Shown here: positions 10,771 through 19,565 of the stretch, one piece after another
Numbering within the stretch: position 1 is the stretch's first letter
How the letters are laid out: each line of letters starts with the position of its first letter
Assembly: GCA_947478395.1 (NCBI GenBank)
Contig: CANJVR010000006.1
Location: 32,001-96,000 of the forward strand
Length of the DNA stretch: 64,000 bases
Reading direction: 5' to 3'
Source of the DNA: Opitutia bacterium
Lineage (GTDB): Bacteria > Verrucomicrobiota > Verrucomicrobiia > Opitutales > Opitutaceae
Translations under genes and position numbers: made by a program
The notes under the pieces: model-generated
The model's input: the letters and a program-made list of their open reading frames with translations, nothing else
Told to the model about the DNA's origin: nothing
Databases searched by the model: none

Positions 10771-10859
10771 GTCATTCTGAGCGCAGCGAAGAATCCAGTG
10801 CGACAACGCCAAAGACTTCGACTGCGTCCAAGTGGATTCTTCGCTGCGCTCAGAATGAC
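10771..10859. repeat. Perfect 27-bp inverted repeat element (family F)
   Basis: GTCATTCTGAGCGCAGCGAAGAATCCA (10771-10797) and TGGATTCTTCGCTGCGCTCAGAATGAC (10833-10859). Confidence 0.9.
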
Positions 10860-10880
10860 AAATCCGACCGACCGGAAAAA

Positions 10881-11759
10881 TCAGTCAATGAAACGCTTCG
10901 TCAAATCGCCGTAGGCGTCGATCCGACGGTCGCGGAGAAACGGCCAGTGCGTGCGCGTCACGTCAACTTTGCCCAGCTCGATCGGCACGAGTAGGATTTC
11001 CTCCCGATCGACACTCGCCTTTGCGAGGATCTGCCCGCTCGTGCCCGCGACGAAACTCTGGCCCCAAAATTCCAAGCCCGGTCCGCCGATCGGTTGCTCC
11101 AGGCCGACCCGATTGATCGCCGCGACATAACAGCCGTTGGCCACCGCGTGGCTGCGTTGAATGGTTTCCCACGCGCCGTGCTGGTTGACGCCGTACTCGG
11201 CCTTTTCGCCCGGGTGCCAACCGATCGCGGTCGGATAAAAAAGAATCTCCGCGCCCTGCAACGCCGTGAGCCGCGCGCCTTCGGGATACCATTGGTCCCA
11301 GCAGATCAGGACGCCGATCTTACCATATTTCGTTTTCCAGCACCGAAACCCCGTGTCGCCCGGCGTGAAATAAAACTTCTCGTAGAAGAGCGGATCGTCC
11401 GGGATGTGCATCTTCCGGTAAATCCCTAGGAGCTTGCCGTCGGCATCGATGATCACGGCCGTGTTGTGATAAAGGCCCGACGCGCGCTTCTCGAAGAGCG
11501 AGGCGACGATCACGACCTTGTATTTCTTCGCGATCTTCTGAAATGCCGCGGTGCTCGGTCCGGGAATTGGCTCCGCGAGATCGAAGCAAGCGTGATCCTC
11601 GCTCTGACAAAAATACTGCGAGCGAAACAGCTCCTGCGTGCAGATGATTTTCGCCCCTTTCTTCGCGGCCTGTTCCGCGAGCGCGAGCGTCTTTTTGAGA
11701 TTAGCCTTGGGGTCGGCCCCGCAGGCGTGTTGGAGAAGACCGAGGGTTACCTTTGACAT
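10881..11759 (-). CDS. aguB: N-carbamoylputrescine amidase (carbon-nitrogen hydrolase)
   Basis: QELF, YRKMHIP, ICWDQWYPE (Glu-Lys-Cys triad); operon with aguA. Confidence 0.92.
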   Translation of the reverse strand: MSKVTLGLLQHACGADPKANLKKTLALAEQAAKKGAKIICTQELFRSQYFCQSEDHACFDLAEPIPGPSTAAFQKIAKKYKVVIVASLFEKRASGLYHNTAVIIDADGKLLGIYRKMHIPDDPLFYEKFYFTPGDTGFRCWKTKYGKIGVLICWDQWYPEGARLTALQGAEILFYPTAIGWHPGEKAEYGVNQHGAWETIQRSHAVANGCYVAAINRVGLEQPIGGPGLEFWGQSFVAGTSGQILAKASVDREEILLVPIELGKVDVTRTHWPFLRDRRIDAYGDLTKRFID

Positions 11760-11780
11760 GGTGATTAGACGGGCGGATTA

Positions 11781-11867
11781 AGCGCGAAGACGCAAAGATG
11801 CAAAGATCAGCCGCAAAGTTTGGGTGCAATTTTCACTCTGAATTCAGCCACTTCGCGGCTTTGCGCT
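11781..11867. repeat. Degenerate short-period tandem/inverted repeat (GCGAAGACGCAAAG ... CTTCGCGGCTTTGCGC)
   Basis: Similar left arm at 25135-25160. Confidence 0.5.
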
Positions 11868-11872
11868 CAACG

Positions 11873-12754
11873 TTAGTAGACGACTTTATTGAGCGGATAT
11901 TCGACGATGCCCTCGGCGCCGAGCGATTTCAGCTGCGGGATGATTTCCCGCACAACGCTTTCGTCGATGATCGTTTCCAGCGCGACCCAGTCGGGGTTGC
12001 TCAAAGGCGAAATCGTCGGATTTCGCAGCGAGGGCACGGCCTTGATGATCGCGTCCAGCGAATTTTTCGGTGCGTTTAATTTGAGCCCGACCTTACTCTC
12101 GGCTTCGAGCGCGCCGCGCAGCAACAGTGCGATCGTCTCGATTTTTTTGCGCTTCGCGGGATTCGCCCAGCTTGCTTTGTTCGCGATGAATTTCGTGTTC
12201 GTCTCGAGCAAGGTTTCCACGATCCGAAGTTTGTTCGCGCGGAGCGAACTGCCCGTTTCCGTGATGTCGACGATGGCATCGACGAGATCCGGTACTTTCA
12301 CCTCCGTCGCGCCCCATGAAAACTCGATCTCGGCCTGCACCCCCTTCGCGGCAAAAAATCGTTTCGTCGTGTTGAGCAGCTCCGTCGCGATGCGTTTGCC
12401 CGCGAGATCGTTGATCGACTGGACGGACGAGTTTTCGGGCACACACAGCACCCAACGGCTCTTCAGGACCGAGGCGCGGCTGTAGATTAAGTCCATCACC
12501 TCGACCACATCCGAACCGTTTTCCTGGATCCAATCGAAGCCCGTCAGGCCGCAATCGAAGAAACCGTGCTCCACGTAGCGGCTGACTTCCTGCGCGCGCA
12601 CGAAACGCCCGTCGAGTTCGGGATCGTCGATCGAGGGTTTGTACGAGCGCGAACTCGTGGCGATTTTCCAACCTGCCTTGGCAAACAGGTTTTTGGTGGA
12701 TTCCTCGAGGCTGCCCTTCGGCAGTCCGAGCATCAGGAGCGGTTGAGCGGACAC
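11873..12754 (-). CDS. hisG: ATP phosphoribosyltransferase, long form
   Basis: [29 protein letters not shown]-terminal regulatory domain; GTG start inferred. Confidence 0.95.
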   Translation of the reverse strand: MSAQPLLMLGLPKGSLEESTKNLFAKAGWKIATSSRSYKPSIDDPELDGRFVRAQEVSRYVEHGFFDCGLTGFDWIQENGSDVVEVMDLIYSRASVLKSRWVLCVPENSSVQSINDLAGKRIATELLNTTKRFFAAKGVQAEIEFSWGATEVKVPDLVDAIVDITETGSSLRANKLRIVETLLETNTKFIANKASWANPAKRKKIETIALLLRGALEAESKVGLKLNAPKNSLDAIIKAVPSLRNPTISPLSNPDWVALETIIDESVVREIIPQLKSLGAEGIVEYPLNKVVY

Positions 12755-12999
12755 GCGGCCAAGGGACACTCCGCGCCGGAGGCCTTCAAGCAAATTTGCC
12801 GGGCGAGTCACGCTCAGACATTCGCAAAACCCGCCGAGCGGTCCTTCAAAGTTTTCGCGACGAGTCACCGACCGACGAAATCATCGAGCCCATCGACGGG
12901 CTCCGGCCGTGATCCGCTCGCAATGGCTGGAGCGGCCACGGCGTGTGCCACCCCTCGCGGCAACAATCCGAATCAGGACCCGCCCGGATCAGCGCTTCA

Positions 13000-13028
13000 T
13001 TGACAACTGAATCTCTGCCTTCGACCTT
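13000..13028 (+). promoter_or_regulatory. Putative sigma70 promoter of the response regulator
   Basis: Perfect TTGACA, 17-bp spacer, weak -10 GACCTT; ATG lies 13 nt further. Confidence 0.45.
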
Positions 13029-13041
13029 CGCAGCCTCGGCT

Positions 13042-13812
13042 ATGTCAGTAACGTCCACGATTCGTTCCCCCGCAAAACCTCTGATTCTGATTGTCGAGGA
13101 TCAGCCGGAGCTCGGCAAATTGATCGCGAACTATCTGGAAAACGCGGGCCTGCAGGCCCAGATCTGCAGTCGCGGCGATGCCGCCGTGAGATTCCTGAAA
13201 GATCATTTTGCGAATTTGATGCTCCTCGACATCGACCTGCCGGACCAATCCGGATTCGCCGTGCTCGAGAAATTGAAGAAGGAGGGTATTTCCGTCCCGA
13301 CGATTTTTCTCACCGGCGACGACGAAGAATCCAGCAAGCTTCGGGGGCTCGAAATGGGTGGCGACGACTACGTCACAAAGCCCTTCAGCTACGCGGAGCT
13401 GATCGCTCGCATCAACGCGGTCCTGCGGCGCGCGGAGTCCGCCTCCGATCGAAATATCACCAAGAACGTCAAGGTGAGCGACCGTCCCTTCGAGTTTTGC
13501 GGGTCGCAGATCAATCCGCAGCGGCTTGAGGTCACGTTTCCCGAGAAAAAGGTCACGCTGAACATCGGCCGGAAGGAGCTCGGCATCATCGCCTATCTGC
13601 ACGCCCACCAAGGCGAGGTGATCACGCGTCAGACTCTCATCCATTCCGTGTGGGGTATTCATGCTGATATCACGAGTCGCTCGCTCGACCAGTACATCGT
13701 GAAGATCCGCGAGCTGTTCGGCGAACACGGGCTGAAACTCGACCGCTTCCGCACGGTGCACGGCGTCGGCTATATCTTCGATCCGACCGGCGTGACGAAC
13801 GTCGGGGAATGA
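13042..13812 (+). CDS. OmpR/PhoB-family response regulator (no adjacent kinase)
   Basis: LIVED, LLDIDLP, GGDDYVTKPF receiver domain; winged helix ending TVHGVGY. Confidence 0.93.
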   Translation: MSVTSTIRSPAKPLILIVEDQPELGKLIANYLENAGLQAQICSRGDAAVRFLKDHFANLMLLDIDLPDQSGFAVLEKLKKEGISVPTIFLTGDDEESSKLRGLEMGGDDYVTKPFSYAELIARINAVLRRAESASDRNITKNVKVSDRPFEFCGSQINPQRLEVTFPEKKVTLNIGRKELGIIAYLHAHQGEVITRQTLIHSVWGIHADITSRSLDQYIVKIRELFGEHGLKLDRFRTVHGVGYIFDPTGVTNVGE

Positions 13813-14137
13813 GATGGCCAAAGGTCAGGCGGATTATTCCTAATCCGCCGCGCCGGCTCTGCCCTTAAGCCGGCGCTTCAGGGTGAACCGGCCCCACCCT
13901 TTGCAGCCCCAGCCTCGCCACCAGCGATGGCATAGAAGTCTCCGCGATATCGCCGCGATCGCATCGCTACTGGGCTCCAGCGAAGCACCGAGAAAAGCAA
14001 TTTTCACCCGCGAGGCGAAACCCCGCAGCGGCGAAGATTCACCTGCGATAAACGCACGCCGTGCCGTTCGTAAACCCCGGGCCGCCCCCGCAACCACAAA
14101 ACACGGAATTCAGCGCGCCTACCGCGCCCTCACCGCT

Positions 14138-15709
14138 TCACGTGCCCGGTTGCACGTACAGCACCGGCGCGAAGAGCCGGCGCTCAGCGCCACGCGGGTC
14201 GTCTCCCACCCGGGTCGAGGTGTCGAACAACATCGTTGACCGCCGCACGAGGTCGAAGCGTGGCCACGGCGCCAGCGCGGGCGTGTTCGGAGTGCCCGTG
14301 CGGGCAAAAGCGATGAGCGCCGAACTCATCTCATCGGCGATTTTTTGTGCAGCCGCCCCGCCGCCCACCGTCAGGTTGCTCGCCGCCACATTGTCGAACA
14401 CCAGGGGAATATCGATCATGTGCGGCGCGCGCCACTTGCCGCCGTCGGCCGGCGACGGCCAATCGACGTTATACACAAACGTCGGTGCCCCGCCTTGCTG
14501 CGCGCGCCGTTCAGTCTGAATAACAAAACCTTTCCACGAACGCGCGGCCGTGGTCGCGGCGAAAAAAATATCGGTCGGAGCATACGCCGGATAGAAGCGG
14601 CGATACTCATCGACGATTTTTTCCGGCGCGAGATTACCGATGAAAGCGGGCACGTGCTGCGCGATTTTTCCCGGCAACGCCGTCCAGGTCAGCGTGAACA
14701 ACCCGTCATCCGACGCACCGATGAGGTTACGCGTTTCGTCGTGCGTATTGCCCATCACCATCGGAATGTCCGCCGACAGCGGCGATGCCTCTGGCGAAAA
14801 GGGATCGCGCGGCAACACCGAGCCGTCGACTACCGGCGTCCAATTTATCCCGCGCATCGCGAGCAACAGACGCTCGAGCGATACGCTTTGAAGTTCGCGG
14901 CAACGCTCAGGCGTGAGGTCGAGCGCCTTGAGCAAATTGCGTGCGTCGGCGGTGGCGTGTTCGCGCGTCCGCCCGGTCAGTTGTTGACCGCTCATCGTCC
15001 ATACCCGGTGAAACAAACCGCGGGCCGCCGGCATGGCCATCAACGTCGCGCACTTGGCTCCGCCACCCGATTGGCCAAAAATCGTCACGCTACCCGGATC
15101 GCCGCCGAACTCCGCGATATTGTCGTGGACCCATCGCAGCGCCAGCACGAGATCGAGCTGGCCCACATTCCCGGACTCGGCGAACTCCGGTCCGCCCAGC
15201 TCCGCGAGATAGAGATAGCCCAAACCATTCAACCGGTGATTGACGGTTACAACCACGACGTCGCCCCGCGTGGCCAATCGGACGCCGTCGTAAAGGGCTT
15301 CGTTGACCGAGCCATTGCTGTACGCGCCACCATGGAAATAAACCAGCACCGGCCGTCGGCCGCCATCACGCAAAGCGGGCGTCCACACGTTGAGACGCAG
15401 GCAATCCTCGCTCATCGACTGGTCCGTCGCGGCCGCACGGCCCTGCGGTGCCATCGGCCCGAATTGCAATGCGTCGCGCACGCCCGTCCACGGTGCCGGT
15501 CGGACGGGTGCCTGGAACCGATGCAGTGCCGTGTCGGCTCCGTAAGGAATACCTTTGAACGAAAAAATCCCGCGATCGACGAAACCGCGCACCGCACCGC
15601 CGGTGGTTTTTGCCACGGAGTTCGGCTCATCGGCCGCGTGCAAGGGGGAAAATAAATTCAGCGCCGCGCTTAAACCGACGATGGCACACCAACGAAATCC
15701 GATATTCAT
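14138..15709 (-). CDS. Type-B carboxylesterase, secreted
   Basis: FKGIPY, SEDCLRLNVW, HGG, FGQSGGG nucleophile elbow. Confidence 0.92.
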   Translation of the reverse strand: MNIGFRWCAIVGLSAALNLFSPLHAADEPNSVAKTTGGAVRGFVDRGIFSFKGIPYGADTALHRFQAPVRPAPWTGVRDALQFGPMAPQGRAAATDQSMSEDCLRLNVWTPALRDGGRRPVLVYFHGGAYSNGSVNEALYDGVRLATRGDVVVVTVNHRLNGLGYLYLAELGGPEFAESGNVGQLDLVLALRWVHDNIAEFGGDPGSVTIFGQSGGGAKCATLMAMPAARGLFHRVWTMSGQQLTGRTREHATADARNLLKALDLTPERCRELQSVSLERLLLAMRGINWTPVVDGSVLPRDPFSPEASPLSADIPMVMGNTHDETRNLIGASDDGLFTLTWTALPGKIAQHVPAFIGNLAPEKIVDEYRRFYPAYAPTDIFFAATTAARSWKGFVIQTERRAQQGGAPTFVYNVDWPSPADGGKWRAPHMIDIPLVFDNVAASNLTVGGGAAAQKIADEMSSALIAFARTGTPNTPALAPWPRFDLVRRSTMLFDTSTRVGDDPRGAERRLFAPVLYVQPGT

Positions 15710-16084
15710 GGGGTTCTAATTTCCGCCTCGCAGCCAAGATGGGGCACGTTTGCCGCCGAACGCGGGAGCGCAAGAACGTCAGTGGCCGGGCGGTGGTTGG
15801 GGGATCGAAGCACCGGTGGGGACACTACGACGCGACGATGCCGGGGGAAGTGAAATGTCATCTGAATCGACGTCGAAATTTCCCGCGCACCCCGGCGGGG
15901 CCATGGCGTGAAAGGCCAACGTGACCGTGCGGCCGAAAGAAAGTAGCCGCCCACATTGCACCGCAATAATCCGGACGACACCTTCTCCCGCCTCACGCGA
16001 CCTTCGGTTTCTTGAGGCCCGCGCATCCACGGACGGTTTCGCCCGCGCTCGCAGGCCACGCCGGCCGAGGGCCGATACCGAACC

Positions 16085-16111
16085 GGCGCGTTGAGGATAA
16101 CGCGCGCTACC
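16085..16111. repeat. REP family C (GGCGCGTTGAGGATAACGCGCGCTACC)
   Basis: Hairpin ending in CTAC; related copies at 27878-27905 and 46178-46205. Confidence 0.75.
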
Positions 16112-16188
16112 TTATTCAGACCCACCCGCTGCGGCGCTTGACTAGGCCGGCACCCTATGAAACATCGACCCTTTCACCAACCAACATC

Positions 16189-16287
16189 ATGGGCCAACAA
16201 CTGAACAAGCTGATCAAACGCAAACGCCGCGCCGCCTACAATAAGCGCAGAAAAATCGCCGCCAAAAAGACTGCGACGAAGAAGTAA
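16189..16287 (+). CDS. 32-aa Lys/Arg-rich small protein MGQQLNKLIKRKRRAAYNKRRKIAAKKTATKK
   Basis: Upstream TTGACT (16138-16143), C/A-rich leader, C-ending codons, terminator downstream. Confidence 0.75.
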   Translation: MGQQLNKLIKRKRRAAYNKRRKIAAKKTATKK

Positions 16288-16317
16288 GCCCCGCGCAGCA
16301 TCGTTTTCTGTCCGATG

Positions 16318-16344
16318 AAACCGCGGCCCACGCCGCGGTTTTTT
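16318..16344 (+). terminator. Intrinsic terminator between the small ORF and rimO
   Basis: AAACCGCGG-CCCACG-CCGCGGTTTTTT. Confidence 0.75.
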
Positions 16345-16377
16345 GTTCGCGCGATTCGCCCTCCCCCTTCTCCCATC

Positions 16378-17793
16378 ATGATCAAAGTCAGTCTCATTTC
16401 CCTCGGTTGCGCCAAAAATCTGGTGGATTCGGAAATCATGATCGGCCACCTCCACCAGGCCGGCATGACCGTCATCGCCGAGGCGGAAAAGGCCGACGTC
16501 GTGATCGTCAATACGTGCTCGTTCATCGACTCCTCGAAAGAGGAATCCATCGGCCACATCCTTGAGGTGCATCAGAATCGCGGCATGAAGAAGCGCCGCC
16601 AGGAACAGAAGCTCATCGTCGCCGGCTGCATGTCGCAGCGTTTCTCAAAAGATCTTTCCTCGTCGTTAAACGACGAAGTCGACGCGTTCATCGGGCTCGA
16701 TCAGGTCACCAAGGTTGCCCCGATCATCGAGGCGCTTTACGCGAAGGAGCGGGCGGGCGCCCAGGTTCCGGAAAATTTCGTCACCGCGCGTTCGACGTAT
16801 ATTCCCGACTACAACACGCCCCGTTTTCGGCTGACTCCGAAACACTTTGCGTACGTCAAGATCGCCGAGGGCTGCAATCACCCGTGCACGTTCTGCATCA
16901 TCCCGCAAATTCGCGGCCGGCATCGCAGCCGCACGGTTGACAGCGTCGTCGCCGAGGCCCGCCAGCTCGTAAAAGAGGGCGTGAAGGAGTTAAATCTGAT
17001 TTCGCAAGACACGACGTTCTTCGGGATGGACACCTGGGAGCAGCGCCCCAATCCGCGCACGCCGGTCGATTCCTCCCGCGGCACGGCCCTCACTACCCTT
17101 CTCCGCGAGCTTAACGCGATCGAGGGCGATTTCTGGATCCGGCTGCTTTACACGCATCCGGCGCACTGGAGCGACGAGCTGATCCAAACCATCGCCGAAT
17201 GCCCGAAGGTGGCCCGCTATATCGACATTCCGCTCCAGCACATCAGCGACAACATGCTTGGCGCGATGCAGCGCGAAACGAGCGGCGATTACATCCGCGA
17301 TCTGATCCGCCGCATCCGCGCCGGCATCCCGGGCATCGCGGTGCGCACGACTTTCATTGTGGGCTTTCCCGGCGAAACCGAAGCCGACGTCGATGAACTT
17401 TGCACGTTCATCAGCGAAACGAAATTTGAACGACTCGGCGTGTTTCGCTATTCCCAAGAGGAAGGCACGCGCGGAGCGAAGATGGAGCATCAAATTCCCG
17501 CGAAGACCAAGGAAGCCCGCTGGCACCGCCTGATGAAACTCCAGCGCGATATCGCCGCTGACGTCAGCCGGAGCCAGGTCGGCCGCAAACTCAACGTGCT
17601 CGTCGAAGAACCGGGTGTGGCCCGGGGCGAGAGTGACGCCCCCGACATCGACGGTCGCGTCTATGTGCCCCGCGGATTGCACGTGGGCGAATTCGCCGAG
17701 GTCACGATTACCGGTTTCCAAGATTACGATTTGCTCGCGCTGCCCAAGGGCGAGCGCCCGGTGGAGTTCAAGGTCGCCAAACAAGCCCAGTAA
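16378..17793 (+). CDS. rimO: Ribosomal protein S12 methylthiotransferase
   Basis: SLGCAKNLVDSE, NTCSFI, EGCNHPCTFC radical-SAM motif, DAPDIDG TRAM region. Confidence 0.95.
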   Translation: MIKVSLISLGCAKNLVDSEIMIGHLHQAGMTVIAEAEKADVVIVNTCSFIDSSKEESIGHILEVHQNRGMKKRRQEQKLIVAGCMSQRFSKDLSSSLNDEVDAFIGLDQVTKVAPIIEALYAKERAGAQVPENFVTARSTYIPDYNTPRFRLTPKHFAYVKIAEGCNHPCTFCIIPQIRGRHRSRTVDSVVAEARQLVKEGVKELNLISQDTTFFGMDTWEQRPNPRTPVDSSRGTALTTLLRELNAIEGDFWIRLLYTHPAHWSDELIQTIAECPKVARYIDIPLQHISDNMLGAMQRETSGDYIRDLIRRIRAGIPGIAVRTTFIVGFPGETEADVDELCTFISETKFERLGVFRYSQEEGTRGAKMEHQIPAKTKEARWHRLMKLQRDIAADVSRSQVGRKLNVLVEEPGVARGESDAPDIDGRVYVPRGLHVGEFAEVTITGFQDYDLLALPKGERPVEFKVAKQAQ

Positions 17794-18048
17794 AAATCAT
17801 GCCGGGGCGCGGGATTCGCCTCCGGCGCTTGGCTTGATCCTCGGCCGTCTGTGTCTTTCAGGCGACGCGCGGCATCCGCTCAATACCAGGATCAACGCCC
17901 GCAACGACCCAAATTTTTCCATGGTGGCCTGCGCCGAAACTGGCCGCCTCACCGCTTAAGACCGCCGCGAACTCACCGCCGCGAAAAAGTAGATCCGATT
18001 GCCCGACGTTAAAGCCGCAAGCGGTCCAAAGGCCGCCGTGACGCGCGA

Positions 18049-19521
18049 TCAGGAACTCACCGCCGCCGTGTAGCGCGGGATGATTCCGTCGAACGAGCCG
18101 TTGCTGAAAAAAGCGACAACCCGCGGCAGACGCGGCGGCCGCGTGTCGGCCACCAGCATATCCAACAGCGCCGCATTCGTGGGAGCCGTACGCGCGTGCA
18201 CGCCTTGGGTTTCGAGGTGTTGAACGACGGCCTCGGCATCGAAGCGTTCCTCCGCTTTGAGTTTGTCTGCGCGGCTCACCGCCCCGAGGTAAACTTCATC
18301 CGCCAAGCCAAGCGCACGGGTAAACCCTGCCTGCAGCGCCTTCGTCCGCGCGGTGTTGCTCCGCGGCTCGAACACCGCGGTGAGGCGTGCGCCGGGAAAA
18401 CGGGCGCGAAACGACTGCAAAGTTTGCGCAATCGCTGTCGGGTGATGCCCAAAGTCCTCAATCACCGTCAGCGCGGGCGTGCTTAAAAGTATTTCCTGCC
18501 GCCGCTTCACGCCCCGAAATCGTCCGAGCGGCTCCAAGTCGAGCCGGTCACGCCCCGTCGGCAATGGCACCCCATCAGTGACGTTTGCCAAATTCGATAA
18601 GGACGATGGCACCGCGAGCAGCGCGAGTTGGGCCGCCGTCGCGGCCATAGCGGCGTTGCGGGCATTGAACAGGCCGGGCTGGGACCATTTTATCCAGGCC
18701 CACGGGCGTCCGAACCAAGTGAGCGTGAACTCAGCGCCGCTGGCCGACTCGGTAAACGCTTCGATCCGGATGTTGTTACCTGCGCCCGTGCCCACGCGCA
18801 CGACGCGCGTCCACGCCATGGCGCCTAGCGCGCGCAGATTTTCGTCATCGCCATTCATCACAATGAATCCGTTGCGCGGCACAATCCGCGTCAGATGCGT
18901 GAACGTCCGCTGCACATCAGCCAGGTCGCGAAAAATATCCGCATGGTCGAACTCGAGATTGTTCAACACGGCGATGTGGGGCGCGTAGTGGATGAACTTG
19001 CTGCGCTTATCGAAGAACGCGCTGTCGTATTCGTCGCCCTCAATCACGAAAGGATCGGACCCTGCGCCGAGATGATTACCGACCGGCGGATCCTGCGGAA
19101 CGCCGCCGATAAGAAATCCCGGATCGCGCCCGTTTTCCCGCAGCAAAAACGCCGCGAGTGCAGTCGTCGTGGTTTTGCCGTGGGTGCCGGCTACGACGAT
19201 ATTTTTTCGCAACCGCAAAACGTGATCGTGCAGCAGCGCCGGCAGCGAAGTAAACGGCAGCGCGCGGGCGTCGAGCAGCCACTCGACTTCGGCGTTACCG
19301 CGCGACATCGCGTTGCCGATCACGACCAGATCCGGTTTTAACATCGCCAGTCGCGCCGGATCATAGCCCTCGTGCAACGTGATGCCGGCCTCGGCCAGCA
19401 CGGTGCTCATCGGCGGATAAACGCCCGTATCAGCGCCGAGCACCTCATGGCCCGCCGCTCGGGCGAGCAACGCCGCATTGCCCATGGCCGTGCCGCAAAT
19501 GCCCATAAAGTAAATCCGCAT
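18049..19521 (-). CDS. mpl: Murein peptide ligase (UDP-MurNAc:tripeptide ligase)
   Basis: GICGTAMG, GTHGKTTT, EGDEYDSAFFDKRSKF, EPRSNT. Confidence 0.88.
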   Translation of the reverse strand: MRIYFMGICGTAMGNAALLARAAGHEVLGADTGVYPPMSTVLAEAGITLHEGYDPARLAMLKPDLVVIGNAMSRGNAEVEWLLDARALPFTSLPALLHDHVLRLRKNIVVAGTHGKTTTTALAAFLLRENGRDPGFLIGGVPQDPPVGNHLGAGSDPFVIEGDEYDSAFFDKRSKFIHYAPHIAVLNNLEFDHADIFRDLADVQRTFTHLTRIVPRNGFIVMNGDDENLRALGAMAWTRVVRVGTGAGNNIRIEAFTESASGAEFTLTWFGRPWAWIKWSQPGLFNARNAAMAATAAQLALLAVPSSLSNLANVTDGVPLPTGRDRLDLEPLGRFRGVKRRQEILLSTPALTVIEDFGHHPTAIAQTLQSFRARFPGARLTAVFEPRSNTARTKALQAGFTRALGLADEVYLGAVSRADKLKAEERFDAEAVVQHLETQGVHARTAPTNAALLDMLVADTRPPRLPRVVAFFSNGSFDGIIPRYTAAVSS

Positions 19522-19565
19522 GGAAGTTTTGTTGCGCGCCTGTCCGCGGGAATCCACACGAAACT

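Noticed and set aside
17830..17910. GGCTTGATCCT...AGGATCAACGCC stem between rimO and mpl as a possible ncRNA
   Set aside because: No match to 6S, SRP or riboswitch motifs that I can recognise; more likely a decayed REP doublet. An Rfam scan would settle it.
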